A stretch of 8,004 bases of DNA from Candidatus Iainarchaeum sp. (lineage in GTDB: Archaea; Iainarchaeota; Iainarchaeia; Iainarchaeales; 0-14-0-20-30-16). Under the pieces are notes generated by a model. It saw only the letters and a list, made by a program, of their open reading frames with translations, did no database searches and was not told where the DNA came from. Positions 5,296 to 8,004 of this stretch are shown here, piece after piece. Positions within the stretch are counted from its first letter, which is position 1; the number at the start of each line of letters is the position of its first letter. Location of the stretch: positions 1 to 8,004 of the forward strand of contig CAIWXP010000045.1 in NCBI GenBank assembly GCA_903916665.1. The letters run 5' to 3'. Made by a program: the position numbers and the translations under genes.

Positions 5296-6009
5296 CTAGT
5301 TATTGCTCCAATCAATAAACTCTAAATTGTTTCCACCATTTAAAGAAGATACCCAAACATCTCTATCAATTATTCTAGAGTTTATTAAATCAAATAATTG
5401 TCTTTTTGTATTTGGACCCAAATATTTATATTTGGAAATCATACGCATAATAAATGCTTTTCTATATCTATCATTTAATTCAAAATCATTAAATATTCCA
5501 TTTAAAAATAAATAATCTTTTTTAAATCTATTAAAAATATCTTCCGCATCATTCCAATCAGGTTTAACAAAATTAGCTTTTTTAAAATCAACTAAAGTTA
5601 CTCGCCCATTATTATCCATAACAAAATTCTCGCAATGAGGATGATTATGAGAAACATTTTCGCTATGCATTGCACCTAAAATGTCTACCACTTGATAATA
5701 GGTTGCTAATTTTTGTTTTGTATTGTGAACTCTATAAAAATCAGATTCAACCAAATTTCTTCCTTTTCCTATATAGGCCATTAATCTTTTTCTTCCAATT
5801 GCTTTTGATGAAAAAGATTCTTCAACTGCAATTCCTTTTGATAATAAATGTGCTAATATTTGTAATTCTTTTTTCCTAACTTTTGATCTAACAAAAAATT
5901 CTTTATCTCCAGAAACATATCTTTTTGTTTCTGAATTAGAACCTACTATTTCACCAAATACTCTTTTTACTTCTGGTTTAACAAATTTCGGTTTTTCAAC
6001 AATTGGCAT
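5296..6009 (-). CDS. Protein-kinase-like fold protein (Bud32/RIO/Kdo-kinase-like) with a non-canonical catalytic loop
   Basis: 237 aa. MHSENVSHNHPHCENFVMDNNGRVTLVDFKKA aligns by eye to lH..givHGDLhpgNilv...g.v.lIDFg.a. The H-x-x-x-H-x-x-N spacing and the 12-residue gap to the DF motif are kept. The catalytic Asp position is His (H123). The upstream FFVRSK could be the beta3 Lys strand. Confidence 0.6.
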   Translation of the reverse strand: MPIVEKPKFVKPEVKRVFGEIVGSNSETKRYVSGDKEFFVRSKVRKKELQILAHLLSKGIAVEESFSSKAIGRKRLMAYIGKGRNLVESDFYRVHNTKQKLATYYQVVDILGAMHSENVSHNHPHCENFVMDNNGRVTLVDFKKANFVKPDWNDAEDIFNRFKKDYLFLNGIFNDFELNDRYRKAFIMRMISKYKYLGPNTKRQLFDLINSRIIDRDVWVSSLNGGNNLEFIDWSNN

Positions 6010-6030
6010 AAATAAATTAGATAGTAAATT

Positions 6031-6038
6031 AATATAAA
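6031..6038 (-). promoter_or_regulatory. Candidate TATA box (TTTATATT on the minus strand) giving a leaderless mRNA for the kinase-like gene
   Basis: The 8-mer ends 21 nt upstream of ATG 6007-6009, so its centre is about -26 relative to the A of the ATG. No Shine-Dalgarno-like motif lies in between. Confidence 0.35.
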
Positions 6039-6082
6039 GATTGTTAATAATAAATAATAATATAAAATCAGTTGGAAGGAAT

Positions 6083-6120
6083 TGTTGAGATGTTTTATCT
6101 CAACATTTATTTTTTAAATT
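6083..6120 (+). terminator. Intrinsic-terminator-like hairpin plus T-tract, oriented on the plus strand where no annotated gene precedes it
   Basis: TGTTGAGAT-GTTTT-ATCTCAACA forms a 9-bp perfect stem (6083-6105), followed by TTTATTTTTTAAATT. Confidence 0.3.
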
Positions 6121-6165
6121 TTTCAATTCAGTTTTAAAATTAGTTTTATTTCTAAAATAGTACTT

Positions 6166-6204
6166 TGCCTCGGATCGGCACCGAAGAGGTGAGCTTCCGA
6201 GGTA
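6166..6204. other. GC-rich (about 65%) nested hairpin island in an AT-rich intergenic region, just downstream of the S10 stop
   Basis: Outer stem CCTCGGA (6168-6174) / TCCGAGG (6196-6202), extendable by G-U and U-A pairs. Inner hairpin TCGG-CA-CCGA (6175-6184). An 11-nt unpaired AGAGGTGAGCT contains GAGGTGA on the plus strand, which reads UCACCUC on the minus strand. Confidence 0.45.
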
Positions 6205-6226
6205 TAAGTGGACATTGAAATTGAAT

Positions 6227-6535
6227 TTATTTCAATTCTATTTCTACGTACACTTTATCGGGCATTTCAATTTGCATTACTTTCTTTAATACTAATTCGT
6301 TAGCATAAATATCCACCATTCTCTTGTGGATTCTCATTTGCCAATGATCATAGGTTTCGGTTCCACCACCACAAGGACTTTTTCTTGTAGGCACAACCAT
6401 TCTTTTTGTAGGCAAATAAATTATACCAGTGTGTTTAATACCTGCTTTTTCAGCAATATCAATAACGTTTGATGCAACGCTATCTAGCAATTTAATATCC
6501 GGGCTACTTAATTTTACTCTTGCATAAGACGTCAT
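6227..6535 (-). CDS. rps10: 30S ribosomal protein S10 (uS10)
   Basis: 102 aa. ARVKLSS...LD, IYLPTKRMVVPTRKSPCGGGTETYDHWQMRIHKRMVDI and VYVEIEL match the conserved archaeal S10 pattern. It sits immediately downstream of EF-1alpha, as in archaeal str operons. GTGAT-ATT-ATG Shine-Dalgarno-like site. Confidence 0.95.
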   Translation of the reverse strand: MTSYARVKLSSPDIKLLDSVASNVIDIAEKAGIKHTGIIYLPTKRMVVPTRKSPCGGGTETYDHWQMRIHKRMVDIYANELVLKKVMQIEMPDKVYVEIELK

Positions 6536-6613
6536 AATATCACTTCACTTTTATGATCCTGTAATAATTTCGATTGATTAGAGAAATTATTCATCTGGGT
6601 CATTGTAATCACC

Positions 6614-6668
6614 AAAATAAAAATAAAATAAAAAAGTCTGTACAAAGGGAAAAGATCCCCTCAGACCC
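6614..6668 (-). terminator. Hairpin plus long T-rich tract between EF-1alpha and S10 (terminator or attenuator-like)
   Basis: Minus strand: GTCTG-AGGGGA-TCTT-TTCCCT-TTGTA-CAGAC, followed by TTTTTTATTTTATTTTTATTTT. One inner-stem pair is G-U on the minus-strand RNA but an A-C mismatch on the plus strand, which favours minus-strand function. Confidence 0.45.
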
Positions 6669-6678
6669 TTTTAAATAT

Positions 6679-7947
6679 CTAGTTTTTTACTACCTCAATT
6701 ATTACACCAGCAGCAACTGTTGATCCCATATCTCTAATAGCGAATCTACCCAATGCAGGATAATCTTTGAAGTTTTCAACACATATTGGTTTCAAAGGTT
6801 TTATCTTTACAATTGCAGCATCTCCTGCTTTTAAAAACTTAGGATTTTCTTCTAAAGTTGCACCTGTTCTAGGATCCAATTTCTTTAATAATTCAGTAAC
6901 AGTACAAGATTGTTGTAATGTATGAATATGGAAAACTGGAGTGTATCCTGCTGCGATTGCAGTAGGGTGTTGTAAAACAATAATTTGAGCAGTGAATTCT
7001 TTTACTACTGTTGGAGGATTACTTGCTAAACCTACAACATCACCTTTTGTCAAATCTTCCTTAGTCCAACCTCTTACACTAAATCCTATGTTATCACCAG
7101 GTTTAGCTTCAGTCATAGCTTGGTGGTGAGATTCAATACTTTTTATTTCAGCAGGTTTATTACCAGGCATAACAACAACTTTATCGTTAGGTCTCATAAT
7201 ACCAGCTTCAACTCTACCAACTGGAACTAATCCAATTCCTTTAATACTATAAACATCTTCGATTGGTAATCTTAATGGTTTATCAGTAGGCAAACTAGGA
7301 GGTTCTATCATATCCAAGTGTTCTAATAATGTTTTACCAGTGTACCATGGCATTTTATCAGATTTTTTAGCTATGTTATCTCCCATCCAAGCAGATAATG
7401 CTAATGGTGTGATATTTTCTTCTTTAAAACCTGAACCCATTAATAACTTTTTAGCACCATCAACTACTTCCTTATATCTTTTTTCATCGTAGTTAACTGC
7501 ATCCATTTTGTTTACACCAATGAATATCTTTTTAATACCCATTACCTGTGCAATAAATGCGTGTTCTTTAGTTTGAGGTTGAACTCCTTCAGGAGCAGCA
7601 ACAACTAATACTGCAACATCAGCTTGAGAGGTTCCTTTAATCATGTTCTTAATGAAATCTCTGTGGCCTGGTGCATCAATAACTGTAATTATTCTATGGG
7701 GAGTAATCAATTGTTTGTAATTAACATCAATTGTTACACCTCTTTCTCTTTCTTCTTTTAAATTATCCATCAAGTAAGCGAATGCAAATGATCCTTTTCC
7801 TCTTGATTCAGCTTCTGCTCTTAATTTCTTCATTTCAGTTTCAGGTAACATTCCTGAATCGTACATCAATCTACCAACCATAGTTGATTTACCATGATCT
7901 ACATGACCGATAAATACTATATTATAATGACCTTTCTCAGTAGCCAT
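6679..7947 (-). CDS. tuf: Translation elongation factor aEF-1alpha (EF-Tu family GTPase)
   Basis: 422 aa. G1 GHVDHGKST, G3 DAPGH, G4 NKMD, full domains II and III. Typical archaeal length and N-terminus. Confidence 0.97.
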   Translation of the reverse strand: MATEKGHYNIVFIGHVDHGKSTMVGRLMYDSGMLPETEMKKLRAEAESRGKGSFAFAYLMDNLKEERERGVTIDVNYKQLITPHRIITVIDAPGHRDFIKNMIKGTSQADVAVLVVAAPEGVQPQTKEHAFIAQVMGIKKIFIGVNKMDAVNYDEKRYKEVVDGAKKLLMGSGFKEENITPLALSAWMGDNIAKKSDKMPWYTGKTLLEHLDMIEPPSLPTDKPLRLPIEDVYSIKGIGLVPVGRVEAGIMRPNDKVVVMPGNKPAEIKSIESHHQAMTEAKPGDNIGFSVRGWTKEDLTKGDVVGLASNPPTVVKEFTAQIIVLQHPTAIAAGYTPVFHIHTLQQSCTVTELLKKLDPRTGATLEENPKFLKAGDAAIVKIKPLKPICVENFKDYPALGRFAIRDMGSTVAAGVIIEVVKN

Positions 7948-7955
7948 TTGTCATC

Positions 7956-7960
7956 CCTCC
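7956..7960 (-). promoter_or_regulatory. Shine-Dalgarno site GGAGG, 8 nt upstream of the EF-1alpha ATG
   Basis: The minus strand reads TTTGGAGGGATGACAA-ATG. Confidence 0.6.
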
Positions 7961-8004
7961 AAATTTAAGATAAAAATGTTAAGTATCTCTAATTATATTA
8001 ATAT

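Noticed and set aside
5303-5515. 70-aa plus-strand ORF from the track
   Set aside because: Antisense shadow ORF inside the kinase-like gene, with no recognisable motifs or ribosome-binding site.
5670-5879. 69-aa plus-strand ORF from the track
   Set aside because: Antisense shadow ORF inside the kinase-like gene, with a Leu/Phe/Ile-rich artefactual composition.
6214-6238. ATTGAA tandem duplication and a 7-bp A/T hairpin (AATTGAA-TTTAT-TTCAATT) straddling the S10 stop codon
   Set aside because: It is short and almost purely A/T, so it is expected by chance at this composition. It also overlaps the coding sequence.
1-8004. CRISPR arrays, transposase or integrase genes, rRNA genes, tRNA introns or split tRNA halves
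   Set aside because: I found no regularly spaced direct repeats, no recombinase-like ORFs and no rRNA-like sequence. The single tRNA is contiguous and folds without an intron.

Overview
AT-rich (about 30% GC by eye), tightly packed archaeal chromosome segment. The archaeal assignment rests on aEF-1alpha followed by ribosomal protein S10 on the minus strand, which is the archaeal str-operon tail. A small-genome, fast-evolving archaeon (DPANN-like) is a guess from composition, gene packing and divergent housekeeping sequences; I cannot verify it. Right to left on the minus strand: EF-1alpha (6679-7947), a hairpin plus oligo-T element, S10 (6227-6535), a GC-rich hairpin island, a protein-kinase-like gene with an altered catalytic loop (5296-6009), three perfect palindromes, and tRNA-Glu(CUC) (5093-5164). 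The left half holds a four-gene, translationally coupled minus-strand operon (153-3886): ABC ATPase, then a triple Ig-like (CARDB/COG1361-like) surface protein with many glycosylation sequons and a 3-TM tail, then a MacB/FtsX-type permease, then a tiny His/Asp-rich lipoprotein. It is transcribed divergently from a membrane-tethered winged-helix regulator (4015-4536) and a co-transcribed unknown helical protein (4549-5067). The 128-bp divergent intergenic region carries four TGAAAC motifs phased at 21-bp multiples. A gene fragment at the left edge (2-151) may be AttH-like. The best candidate for an undescribed system is the transporter, surface protein and lipoprotein together with the membrane wHTH and its operator array. 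All family assignments come from motif recognition by eye; no searches or folding calculations were run.
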